A DNA stretch of 64,000 bases from Octopus sinensis. Taxonomy: Eukaryota. Every line of letters begins with the position of its first letter. The first letter of the stretch is position 1. Shown piece by piece: positions 1-12,099 of the stretch. The notes below the pieces were generated by a model. The model was not told the origin of the DNA and did not search any database. It saw only the letters and a list, made by a program, of their open reading frames with translations. A program made the translations under genes and the position numbers. The DNA lies in assembly GCF_006345805.1 (NCBI RefSeq), contig NC_043026.1, forward strand, positions 496,001-560,000. Direction: 5' to 3'.

Positions 1-198
1 AACTCTAATCTTCTGCTAAGTAAAATTCCCTGACTTAATATACATGTTGTAGCGCTCCAGCCATTTCGTGAAGGCCTCATGAGTAACAGTTTTATGATCT
101 TTTTGCAGCTGTGATAAAAAATCATATTGCTCTACCTTCGGTATTCGAATACTATTTTATCCACCTTGTTTCACAATTTATGTGCTTACTTGTGCATT

Positions 199-716
199 TA
201 TGTATGTATGTATGTATGTATGTATGTATGTATGTATGTATGTATGTTTGTATGTATGTTTGTATGTATGTATGTATGTATGTATGTATGTATGTATGTA
301 TGTATGTATGTTTGTATGTATGTTTGTATGTATGTAGTATGTATGTATGTATGTATGTATGTATGTATGTTATGTATGTATGTATGTATGTTTGTATGTA
401 TGTTTGTATGTATGTATGTATGTATGTATGTATGTATGTATGTATTTGTTGGGGTTTATGTTTGAATGTGTGCACGTTTGTTCCCCACTATCGCTTGACA
501 ACCGGTGTTGCTGTGTTTACCTTCCCGTAACTTGGATGGATGGATGGATGGATAGATAGATAGGTAGACCAGAAGACAGACAGACAGACAGATATATAGA
601 TAGATAGATTGGTAGATAGATAGATAGATAGATATAGATAGATAGCTATAGATAGATAGCTATAGATAGATAGCTATAGATAAATAGACAGACAGAGACA
701 GAGAGATAGATAGATG

Positions 717-780
<64 letters not shown>
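199..780. repeat. (TATG)n and (GATA)n microsatellites, representative of dozens across the window
   Basis: Direct reading. These and the TA, CA, TAA and TCTA tracts account for most low-complexity ORFs in the track. Confidence 0.95.
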
Positions 781-781
<1 letters not shown>

Positions 782-1061
782 CGTTTATGCAAACATAATC
801 TTTAAATAATAATCTGTATATAAAAAAGTATTCGTGCAAAGAATATAACGCAAAATTTATTTTCGATCTCGAAAATAAATTCAAAATAACTCGTGACGAA
901 TGCTCTGTATGAGGAATTTCGGAGAAAAGGAAAAGAATTGAGAACATCCATCTTGGACTTTACTTTCATTTTTCTTTTTCTTAAGCGGCTCTGAAAGGGA
1001 TTAAATTTGAACACGGAATCTAAAGCCAATTGAGTAATATGAAGTGATAATGATGACCTAC

Positions 1062-1225
1062 ACAACGCCCGCCATTGAGAAATAATTATGGGAGCTCGTT
1101 GCCAGATCGTCCCATGGGGAACTTTTCAGGTTTTTAGCAGAGAACCAGTTTTCAAGAGTTGTATTTCGTCCATTAAACACCATTGTTACTACGGCTGTTT
1201 CCTTTTTGTATAACACAAGTTTCAC
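1062..1225 (-). CDS. Gene A coding exon 3 (unnamed mollusc-type domain)
   Basis: Acceptor ttttcag|GTG, phase 0. Translates VKLVLYKKETAVVTMVFNGRNTTLENWFSAKNLKSSPWDDLATSSHNYFSMAGV. Probable donor GT|GTAGGT at 1061; otherwise the frame stops at TAG 1058-1060. Confidence 0.8.
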
Positions 1226-1331
1226 CTGAAAACAACAACAAAAAAACAACTTTTTACATTGCAAGTTTTACATGCGCATGCCTGTTTGTATGTGTGTGTG
1301 CATGTGAATGTAGGTACGAGTACGTATGCGT

Positions 1332-1431
<100 letters not shown>

Positions 1432-1675
1432 ATTCAAATAAACAAAACGGATACCTGCATTACCTCTGGATATCTTTGTTGGTTATTTTGATTTTAATCA
1501 CCTTACTTTGAAATTGTATGGATAATACCGTACTAAATTCTGGTGCCTCAACCTGAGTATCATAGCTATTCTTGCTGCAATAGTGACAACATGAAATTCT
1601 TCCGTCCTCTTGCTCGGTTAAAGTATTAAGAAAAATTACATCAATATATGTTGTCTGTTAAAAATCCATATTTCT

Positions 1676-1761
1676 TGCAGCTGAAGATAGCGCTGTATTT
1701 AAATTGATCTAATGACTACATTTTTCAATTAAATAGAGCTGCTTGAAACGGTCGTACTGCA
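1676..1761 (+). ncRNA. Type I hammerhead ribozyme (Penelope-type, minimal stem III)
   Basis: UGCAG-CUGAAGA-long stem II (UAGCGCUG...AAUUGA / UCAAUU...AGCUGCUU)-GAAA-CGGUCG-UA-CUGCA. Stem I has 5 bp, stem III is ACG-GU-CGU, and the GUA cleavage site follows 1756. Confidence 0.75.
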
Positions 1762-1876
1762 CTACTGCTTGACATCCTGTTACTTATTTACTTATATATA
1801 TATATATATATATATAAGTAAATAAGTAACAGGATGTCAAGCAGTAGTGCTTGAGATGTGGAACACGAGTTGTGTA

Positions 1877-2128
1877 TATAAAAAAGGAAATGAAGAAAAT
1901 GCTGACAAAATAATTTAAGTAATTTAAGTAATTTAATTAGGTGAAGTTTTTTTTACCGGTTGCGCATTTGTTATGCTTATTAAAAGTTTTTTCCTCTTAT
2001 CGTCAGATAAGAGGAAAAGAGGAAAAAACTTTTGATAAGCATAACAAATGCGCAACCGGTAAAAAACTTTTCACCTAATTAAATTACTTAAATTACTTAA
2101 ATTATTTTGTCAGCATTTTCTTCATTTC

Positions 2129-2135
<7 letters not shown>
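1877..2135. mobile_element. Palindromic MITE/foldback
   Basis: ~120-bp arms aaggaaatgaagaaaatgctgac... / ...gtcagcattttcttcatttcctt, flanked by TA repeats. Confidence 0.8.
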
Positions 2136-2163
<28 letters not shown>

Positions 2164-2164
2164 A

Positions 2165-2207
<43 letters not shown>

Positions 2208-2616
2208 ATTTTTATACAAGAATGTTGTTGACAGTGACTTCTAGGTTTCAGACAGTTAATTCATCGTCGGCTAAACCATATTTATATGATTCACAGGAAT
2301 GAAGCGCACAAGAACACATACACATACACACACACACATTCACACACACATTCACACACATTCACACACATACGAACACATTCACACACATACAAACACA
2401 CTTACACCACACATAGAAACACATATATTGCGTGCTTCAGTCACTGAGATGCGTCCATGCTGGAGCATCTCCTTGAAGGGTTAGGCGAGGAAATTCAGCT
2501 AAGTTCCTGAAATACAAGGGATTAATATTTAAAAAAATATATAATGAAAGTAAGTTGGTGTGTCTGTGTATAAACATATGTACGTATAATATGTGTGTGT
2601 GTGCGCGCATACATAC

Positions 2617-2794
2617 CTGATAATTGGAAGACTCTTCCAGATATCGAGTATTGGATGTCGGAAGAAATTTGGACAATGGATACCATTGCATTTGTCCACA
2701 TTCCAAGTTGAAGGACTTCCTATATTGAGTATGGAATTATAGATTAACGAATTTGCTCCCATTGATATGGCATAAGTTTTAATCCATTCACTAC
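2617..2794 (-). CDS. Gene A coding exon 2
   Basis: Acceptor tttcag|GTAGTG, donor AG|GTATGT. Translates SEWIKTYAISMGANSLIYNSILNIGSPSTWNVDKCNGIHCPNFFRHPILDIWKSLPI. About 90% identical to gene B exon 17096-17274 but 1 nt shorter (178 vs 179). Confidence 0.85.
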
Positions 2795-2799
2795 CTGAA

Positions 2800-2860
<61 letters not shown>

Positions 2861-2907
2861 TAATAATAATAATATAATATAATAATAATAATAATAATAA
2901 CAATAAT

Positions 2908-3000
<93 letters not shown>

Positions 3001-3506
3001 TCATGTACAGTGTTATCATGTACATTGTTTTGTCTTGGTATAAAAGATGGGCTACAGCAAATATTCTGCTCAATACCACAGATTTGCTTGTCAGTTGTTT
3101 GACCTTAACCAGTTGAGCATGTCCCTTAGTGGCTGACGATATGTGCATCTCTGATCACGAGCAGAAGTAGTGGGGGAGCATCATAGCCATGTGTTGAGAA
3201 GGATTCTTTGGGGTTTGAATAATTCACCTCTGGAAACATGGGTGGTTCTTTCAACATCCTTAAACAACCCTTATTCAGGGACCTTTTGAGCGGGATGGGC
3301 TACTCAATCTGAAGGAAATTCTAACTGGGCCCCACCTGCAAGGTCATGTGCTGTTTATCTTGATATGAGATCACCATGTCGCGCACATATGGTTGTGATG
3401 CATGTGCCTGGTGTACCCTTATCAGACGGGTAGTCATGATGGGTATATTGGGCTTCGTATATTTTACCCCAGTGTCACTTTGATGGCATGAACTGCTCTC
3501 TCACTC
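3001..3506 (+). mobile_element. ~500-bp non-coding interspersed repeat inserted in (TAA)n
   Basis: A reverse-complement, internally deleted copy lies at ~51935-52425, also flanked by TAA/TTA tracts. Confidence 0.7.
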
Positions 3507-3543
<37 letters not shown>

Positions 3544-3579
3544 TATAATAATAATAATAATAATAAATAATAATAAAGG

Positions 3580-4092
3580 ACATGTATAGAAAGAAGAGCA
3601 TTGTACGACCGTAAACCCGAAAACATCATCGAAAATAAAAATGCAAAGATCCTATGGAGTTTTTTATGATTCAGTGCGACCATGAGATAGAGAATAGGAA
3701 GTTGGACATAGTCTTAATTGGGAAAGAAAACAAACTATGCTGGATCATAGATATAGCATGCCCAGCTGACAACAAGGTATGCGATAAGGAAGAAAGAAAA
3801 GTGGAGAGATATGACAGGTTAGCTTGGGAAGTTAAGCAGTTGTGGTCGATGAAAAAGGTAGCAGTAGTACCAATAATTGTCGGAGCCCTTGGAACAGTGA
3901 GCAAAAATCTCGAGAAGTACAAGGAACAAATAGGGGCTGCAATAAGTGTAGAGCACTTGCAGAAAACAGTATCGCTTAGAACCGCTCGAATACTCCGGAA
4001 GGTGCTCGAAAAATAAGAGGTGTTACCTAAGATCACTGGTAGTGAACAGCTGACACTGTAGTACATCTCCAGCGTTAGAAGCTGTGCAAAGG
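3580..4092 (+). mobile_element. 5'-truncated R4/Dong-type non-LTR retrotransposon (REL endonuclease end), family 1
   Basis: RKLDIVLIGKENKLCWIIDIACP...KVERYDRLAWEV...PIIVGALG (PD..D/ExK-type REL). Flanked by (TAA)n. Confidence 0.85.
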
Positions 4093-4353
4093 CAATAATA
4101 ATAATGATGATGATGATGATAATAATAATAATGATAATAATAATAATAATAATAATATAATAATAATAATAATAATAATATGATAATAATAATAATAATA
4201 ATAATAATAATATAATAAAATGATGATGATGATGATAATAATAATAATGATAATAATAATAAAATAATAATAATAATAATAATAATGATGATAATAATAA
4301 TAAATAATAATAATAATAATAATATAATAATAATAATGATGATGATGATGATG

Positions 4354-4407
<54 letters not shown>

Positions 4408-4416
4408 GTGATAATG

Positions 4417-4453
<37 letters not shown>

Positions 4454-4455
<2 letters not shown>

Positions 4456-5016
4456 GAACTTCACCATTCAAACTGACAGGAAGATAGATGCAAATAGGCC
4501 AGACATCATATTGAAAGACTTCAGACAAAGAACATGCCTCCTCATTGATATGACTGTCCCAATCGATATAAACGTATCTGTCAAGACCTACCAAAAACTG
4601 AGCAAATATAAAGATCTTGAAATAGAAATCAGCAAAATGTGGAAGCTGAAGACTAAAACAATACCTGTTGTCATAGGTGCCCTGGGAATGATAGCAAAAG
4701 GGGCTGATAGCTACCTAACTCAGATACCAGGAAACCCCAAAATGGCAGAAATTCAAAGATAGTGCTCATGGGAACTGCTCATATCCTACGCAAAATACTC
4801 TCTATGTAATCCCAAGGTTTAAAACAAACTTTTTTTTATTTATTTATTTATTTATTTATTTTTTAATTTTTATGTATTAGACATTCACTAGTACAACACA
4901 AAAAAACACAACCCCCCAAAAAAATATATGGCACAGAACTTCTAACCTGTTTCTCTTGAGGTCTCTGGGTGAGACTTGGAGCCAACTTGTACAGACATAA
5001 GCAAAAGTCAAACATA

Positions 5017-5018
<2 letters not shown>
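4454..5018 (+). mobile_element. 5'-truncated R4/Dong-type element, family 2
   Basis: WNFTIQTDRKIDANRPDI...LIDMTVP...KYKDL...PVVIGALG with a frameshift and premature stop, then a 3'UTR, inside (TAA)n. Confidence 0.85.
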
Positions 5019-5068
<50 letters not shown>

Positions 5069-5069
5069 T

Positions 5070-5158
<89 letters not shown>

Positions 5159-5166
5159 TCACTTAC

Positions 5167-5497
5167 TTCTGTAGTAGGAAATCTCGTTGCTATCGTTTCC
5201 TCTGACGACTGTCATAATATTCTTCGGTGAGTAATTCTTACAAACATGGCTGTCTTTGTTGTAAGAAAAGAATTCTGATTTGCTGCTTAGAGCGAGGCCG
5301 GAACACTCCAGTAGACTTCGCGATGTGGAGAATTGTTCTGTTGGAGACGCCTGAAGGTAATCATAGGAGTAACCAGGAGGCAGACGTTCGTAGTGGGCTT
5401 CGTTAAACTTCTGATCTGAGGTAACGGTCAGAATTGTTGCTAGGTTGACTAGCAACAAGATGGTCACGGTTGGACCGGTAGATGGAAATTGGCACAT
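5167..5497 (-). CDS. Gene A coding exon 1: signal peptide + PAN/Apple-like domain
   Basis: Acceptor ctgattctag|AGCAGG at 5503, ATG at 5497, hydrophobic TILLLVNLATILTVTS, PAN-like SLLECSGLALSSKSEFFSYNKDSHVCKNY, phase-1 donor A|GTAAGT. Paralogous to 16660-16960. Confidence 0.85.
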
Positions 5498-5743
5498 CCT
5501 GCTCTAGAATCAGTGGAAACAGAGACAGGAAAGAGAGAAATAAAGAAAAAGGTAAAGAAAAGGATGAGGTGCGTAAGGGTGGGAAACAAAGAAGAGGTAC
5601 AGGGTGGGGGGCTTGAAGGGGAGACGAGAAACCGAAACAAGATAGAAAAATGATTGAGGAAGAAAAAGTGTGGCAATGAAGAACAATGTTTTACAAAGAT
5701 GTGATCGAAAAGAAAACAGCGTATATTATTATTATTATTATTA

Positions 5744-5791
<48 letters not shown>

Positions 5792-5898
5792 TATTATTAT
5801 TATTATTATTATTATATTATTATTATTATTATTATTATTATATTATTATTATTATTGCTGTTGTTGTTGTTATCATTATTATTATTATTGTTGTTGTT

Positions 5899-5934
<36 letters not shown>

Positions 5935-6020
5935 TATTATTATTATTATTAATAATATTATTATTATATTATTATATCATTATTATTGTTATCATTATTA
6001 TTATTATCATTATTATTATT

Positions 6021-6064
<44 letters not shown>

Positions 6065-6126
6065 CACTATCATTATTATTATTATATCATTATTATTATT
6101 ATCATTATTATTATTATTATTATTAT

Positions 6127-7190
6127 TCTATGTTTGACATTTGCTTTATGTCTGTACAAGTTGGCTCCAAGTCTCACCCAGAGACCTCAAGAGACAACAG
6201 GTTGGAAGTTCTGTGCCATATATTTAGGGTTTTTTTTTTTTGGTGTTGTACTAGTGAATGTCTAATACATAAAAAAAAAAAAAAAAAAGTTTGTTTTAAA
6301 CCTGGGATTACATAGAGAGTATTTTGCGTAAGATATGAGCAGTTCCCATGAGCACTATCTTTTGAATTTCTGCCATTTTGGGGTTTCCTGGTATCTGAGT
6401 TAGGTAGCAGTCAGTCCCTTTCGCTATCATTCCCAGGGCACCTATGACAACAGGTATTGTTTTAGTCTTCAGCTTCCACATTTTGCTGATTTCTATTTCA
6501 AGATCTTTATATTTGCTCAGTTTTTGGTAGGTCTTGACAGATACGTTTATATCGATTGGGACAGTCATATCAATGAGGAGGCATGTTCTTTGTCTGAAGT
6601 CTTTCAATATAATGTCTGGCCTATTTGCATCTATCTTCCTGTCAGTTTGAATGGTGAAGTTCCAGAGGAGTGAGATGTGGTCATTTTCAAGCACAGGAGG
6701 TGGATCATGTTCCCACCAGTTTTTTTCATGGGGCAAATCCAGGTTTTTGCAAATTACCCAGTGAATATATTGTGCAGCTCTATCATGCCTACTGAGGTAC
6801 TCTGTAGGCGCTAGAAGACTGCATTTGGAGACAACATGGTCAATGGTTTCATTTTGTTGTCGGCATACACGACATGTTGGGCTACTGCCGTTCTTTAATA
6901 TGTTGGCCTGGTAGTTTCTTGTTGGTAGGCATTGATCTTGAGCTGCTATGATAAACCCCTCTGTTTCAGATTTTAAGCCAGAGGCCATTAGCCATTGATG
7001 GGTCAGGGCTTTGTCGATATCTGCATTATTCGCTCTCTTTGGGTATTTGCCATAGAGAGGTTTTTCTTGCCATTCAGAATATCTAAGGCCGCAGTTTTGG
7101 CACGGTTTTTTCATGCGCCTAGCTTTTTCTGTGCTTGTTTCTTGTATATCTATCTCTAATTCCGAAATTGGTTGTATTCGGAATTCACTT
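6127..7190 (-). mobile_element. R4/Dong-type element, family 2, longer copy (ORF 6308-7114)
   Basis: CCHC knuckle CRVCRQQNETIDHVVSKC, RHDR, RPDI...D...K REL motif. 3' part is near-identical to 4454-5018 in inverted orientation. Confidence 0.9.
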
Positions 7191-7246
7191 ATTATTATTA
7201 TTATTATTATTTTATTATTATTATTATTATTAATATTATTATTATT

Positions 7247-7292
<46 letters not shown>

Positions 7293-7341
7293 TATTATTA
7301 TTATATTATTATTATTATTATTATTATTATTATCATTATTA

Positions 7342-7378
<37 letters not shown>

Positions 7379-7558
7379 GTTATTATTATTAATATTATTA
7401 TCATTATCATAATAATAATAATATAATAATAATAATATAATAATATAATAATAATAATAATATAATTATTATTATTATTATCAGTATTATTATTATTATT
7501 ATCATAATCATTATTATCATTATCATTATTATTATTATCATTATTATTATTATTATTA

Positions 7559-7595
<37 letters not shown>

Positions 7596-7921
7596 TATTA
7601 TTATTATTATTATTATTATCATAATCATTATTATATTATCATTATTATTATTATCAGTATTATTATTATTATCATTATTATCAGTATCATTATTATTCTT
7701 TTTTGCTTCTTTCAAATTTGCTTCCATTTCTGCCGAGTGCCTTCCCGACTCCTAGGGCAAAGAAACTCATAGTATACATTGGTAGGCATTAAACTCAACT
7801 CAATAGTTCGTTCATTTTTTTTAAAGTGAAATTAAAATACATGGGTAGTAATAGTTCTCACATCGACAATGCTCTTCTCTATTATTATTATTATTATTTT
7901 TAGTATTATTATTTTTATTAC

Positions 7922-8012
<91 letters not shown>

Positions 8013-8040
8013 TATTATTATATATATTATTATTATTATT

Positions 8041-8085
<45 letters not shown>

Positions 8086-8147
8086 GTTTATTGTTCTTAT
8101 TACTGTTGCTGTTTCTGCTATTATTATTTTTGCTGTTGTTGTTGTTG

Positions 8148-8199
<52 letters not shown>

Positions 8200-8701
8200 C
8201 ATTACTATTATTATGTTTTTAATGACGCCAAATAGGGTGATGGAAGATCTTTTGGGGGAATAGAGAGAGAAAAGACAACAGACAGAGACAGCGACAGACG
8301 GGCAAACAGACTGACAGAGATTGTCCCAGATACGTGTAAATAAAAACAGGATGATCGCGAGCGGAATACCTTTGACAATAGCACAGCTCGATCGGGCTTG
8401 TCCAGGAGCAAAACGGCAAAAACAAAAACATTGATGATTATTACACCTACGACACCCTGATAATATAGCCATAGTTATTGTATTTCTGAATAAATGATGA
8501 GATCGTTACGGCCTGAAAAACTGTGGTTATAGATCTGCTCAGTTACGACTCAACAAAAAGAGTTATAAGTTTAAAGACTGTCCCAGCCTCCAAGTCCATC
8601 AGGCCGCAACTTGTTACCATTTGTAAGGAGTTTAAATGACCGAGAGTACAATACTACCTGATTAGAGAACATCCGTCCATCACTGGGGTTGACACTGCTC
8701 C

Positions 8702-9445
8702 AGCTGTCAGTTGTGCTTATTTTAATAGAGTGGACTGAAGTAACGTGAAATTGAAGTACCTTGTCGAAGGGTTCAGATATCACAATCTTATGACCGTGGG
8801 AGACCACAGGACCTTAACCTGTGTTAAGCTGTCAGTTGTGCTTATTTTAAATAGAGTGGACTGAAGTAACGTGAAATTGAAGTACCTTGTCGAAGGGTTC
8901 AGATATCACAATCTTATGACCGTGGGAGACCACAGGACCTTAACCTGTGTTAAGCTGTCAGTTGTGCTTATTTTAAATAGAGTGGACTGAAGTAACGTGA
9001 AATTGAAGTACCTTGTCGAAGGTTCAGATATCACAATCTTATGACCGTGGGAGACCACAGGACCTTAACCTGTGTTAAGCTGTCAGTTGTGCTTATTTTA
9101 ATAGAGTGGACTGAAGTAACATGAAATTGAAGTACCTTGTCGAGGGGTTCAGATATCACAATCTTATGACCGTGGAGACCACAGGACCTTAACCTGTGTT
9201 AAGCTGTCAGTTGTGCTTATTTTAAATAGAGTGGACTGAAGTAACATGAAATTGAAGTACCTTGTCGAGGGGTTCAGATATTACAATCTTATGACCGTGG
9301 GAGACCACAGGACCTTAACCTGTGTTAAGCTGTCAGTTGTGCTTATTTTAAATAGAGTGGACTGAAGTAACATGAAATTGAAGTACCTTGTCGAGGGGTT
9401 CAGATATCACAATCTTATGACCGTGGGAGACCACAGGACCTTAAC
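8702..9445. repeat. ~124-bp minisatellite, about 6 copies, SINE-derived
   Basis: Unit agctgtcagttgtgcttatttt...gaccacaggaccttaacctgtgtta starts at ~8702, 8826, 8955, 9078, 9202 and 9326. The gagtggactgaagtaacgtgaaat core resembles the SINE at 18950-19010. Confidence 0.9.
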
Positions 9446-9658
9446 TGCTACACCACGCATCATATTCTTAAATCTAACACACACACACACACACACACAC
9501 GCACGCACGCAGACACACACACAAACACACACATACATTTACATACGCATGCATATACACACGAACACATACACATATACGCGCGCAGGTTCAGACACAA
9601 GCACAAACAACCGCTCACTCATGCACACGAAGTATTTAGATTATGAAACAAAACCTAC

Positions 9659-9776
9659 CTTTGGTGGGGCTACTGGCAGCACCTACGCTTTCAGTGGTCA
9701 ACGGGAGAATTTGTTAAATCTGTCCTCTATGGCTGTCCAGTAATTTCCTCAGCTGGGATGACCGTCCACTTATATT
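9659..9776 (-). promoter_or_regulatory. Putative core promoter and non-coding first exon of gene A
   Basis: TATA-like TATAAG (9769-9774), Inr-like TTACT (~9741) and donor AAAG|GTAGGT at 9659. Reverse-complement homologue of 13749-13866. Confidence 0.6.
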
Positions 9777-9807
9777 AGTAATGTTCCAAAATATCAAGGT
9801 TGGCCAC

Positions 9808-10040
9808 AAGATATGACAAGTTAGCTTGGGAAGTTAAGCAGTTGTGGTCGATGAAAAAGGTAGCAGTAGTACCAATAATTGTCGGAGCCCTAGGAACAGT
9901 GAGCAAAAATCTCGAGAAGTACAAGGAACAAATAGGGGCTGCAATAAGTGTAGAGCACTTGCAGAAAACAGTATCGCTTAGAACCGCTCGAATACTCCGG
10001 AAGGTGCTCGAAAAAGAAGAGGTGTTACCTTAGATCACAG
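9808..10040 (+). mobile_element. Second fragment of Dong family 1
   Basis: Near-identical to ~3805-4035 (YDKLAWEVKQLWSMKKVAVVPIIVGALG). Confidence 0.85.
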
Positions 10041-11147
10041 GTCAACACTGTTCGTAGATGTCAAGCCAGATCTCCTCCAAATGCCTCTTTCAAATGCCTC
10101 TTTCAAATGCCGCCGAGGTCAACTTTGCCTTTCATCTTTTTCGACTCAATAACGAGTACCAGTTGAGCAAAATTCTGTGTTATTGATTATCCTTTTTTTA
10201 CAAAATTTCAGGCCTTGTGCCTATAATAGAAAGTATATTATCCACTGCTTTCAAAACTTCAACAGAAACTGAAAAGAATGTATATATATATATATATATA
10301 TATACATGTGTGCGTGTACGTCTGTGTGTCTGTGTTTGTCCTCCTAGCATTGCTTGACAACCGATGCTGGTGTGTTTATGTCCACGTCACTGTCCCTTGG
10401 TATTAATCCAGAGCTTCTGCTAATGCTATTGTTCGTTGCTTTCAGGATTACAACGGACGTCAACACTGTCTCTAAATGTGAAACCGGAACCCAGGTTTTC
10501 GAACTGTCCACCGATGGCAAGAGTATCCGCTTCTGTCACGAATATCTGCTGATATCACGCCTCTGTACAATAGCCAATGATGTCCACTTTGGTCAGCAGA
10601 CTTGATTGAAATGAATTCTGTCCAATTTGCTAATATATCTCCGCTAACACACTACAAAACAAGGGGTGTTATGTGCCATTATGAACAGTCACGCTTCACC
10701 GAGCAGATTCGATAAACAGACGCGAAATCAATAAGATGTGTCCGTTGTCGTTGCTGTTGTTGTTGTTGGTGGTGATGATGGGGTGGGGTGGTGGGGGTGT
10801 TAGTGATGGTAGGAGTGGGAAAGACGAGTGCGGTTGTGGTGGGTGTGGTTGTGGTGTTGGAGAAGTGTGTGGGGGTGATGCTGGAAGTGGCAATGGTGGT
10901 GGTGGTGGTAGTGATAATGGTGTTGCAGATGATGGTGGTGATGGTAGGTGCGGTGGTGTCGGGTGGGGGTGTGGGTGGGGTGGGGGTGATGGTGGTATTG
11001 TCGCGGTGCTGGCTCTCTGGTTACTGAGTGGGGGGAGGGCGGTGGGGATGAAGGCTGTGATGTTTACGGAAGTGGTGGTGTTGATGAGGTTGGGCATTGT
11101 AGGAGTATCGGTGATTCGTAATCATTAAGTGGTTTAAAGATACAGGC

Positions 11148-11149
11148 AT

Positions 11150-11186
<37 letters not shown>

Positions 11187-11809
11187 TACACACACATACA
11201 CACACATACACACACATACACATACACAATGCTGACACACGCATACATACGCACATGTACACTGCATGCACACACACACACACACACATACACATACACA
11301 AATGCTGACACACGCATAATACGCGCACACACACACACACACACACATACATACGCACATGTACACTGCATGCACACACACACACACACATACACATACA
11401 CAAATGCTGACCACACGCATACATACGCACATGTACACTGCATGCACACACACACACACACACACACCACATACACATACACAAATGCTGACACACGCAT
11501 ACATACGCACATGTACACTGCATACACACACACACACACACACACCACATACACATACACAAATGCTGACACACGCATACATACGCACATGTACATGCAT
11601 ACACACACACACACACACACACACATACACATACACAAATGCTGACACACGCTACATACGCACATGTACACTGCATACACACACACACACACACACACAT
11701 ACACATACACAAATGCTGACACACGCATACATACGCAAATGTACACTGCATACACACACACACACACACACACACATACACATACACAAATGCTCACACA
11801 CGCATAATA

Positions 11810-11845
<36 letters not shown>

Positions 11846-11850
11846 ACACG
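11148..11850. repeat. Compound CA-rich minisatellite
   Basis: Recurrent aaatgctgacacacgcatacatacgcacatgtacactgca(ca)n unit of about 60-70 bp. Confidence 0.85.
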
Positions 11851-12099
11851 TATCATAGCAGAATTATTTTCCATGAAATATGGAGCTACAGGTGATCAGT
11901 TAATTAATATACAGATAATTAGTGCAGATCTGCTTACATTATTTATGCATAAAACTTTGCTTGAATCTCTTCCACTGCAGCCTCGGGTCAACCAAAGACT
12001 TGAGGGAGGATTTGGTAGACGGAAACCCAAAGAAGCCCGTCGTGTGTGTGTGTGTGTGTCCGTGTCCTTGCATCTCTCTTTGTCCCCAATATCGTGTGA

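Noticed and set aside
8702-9445. CRISPR-like appearance of regular repeats
   Set aside because: The units are contiguous with no unique spacers, in a eukaryotic context.
10354-10605. ORFs in the 10.4-kb and 13.6-14.0-kb blocks, including a kringle-like SGYSCHRW
   Set aside because: No frame stays open in both homologues. The blocks are better explained as promoter and 5'UTR sequence with GGACA repeats.
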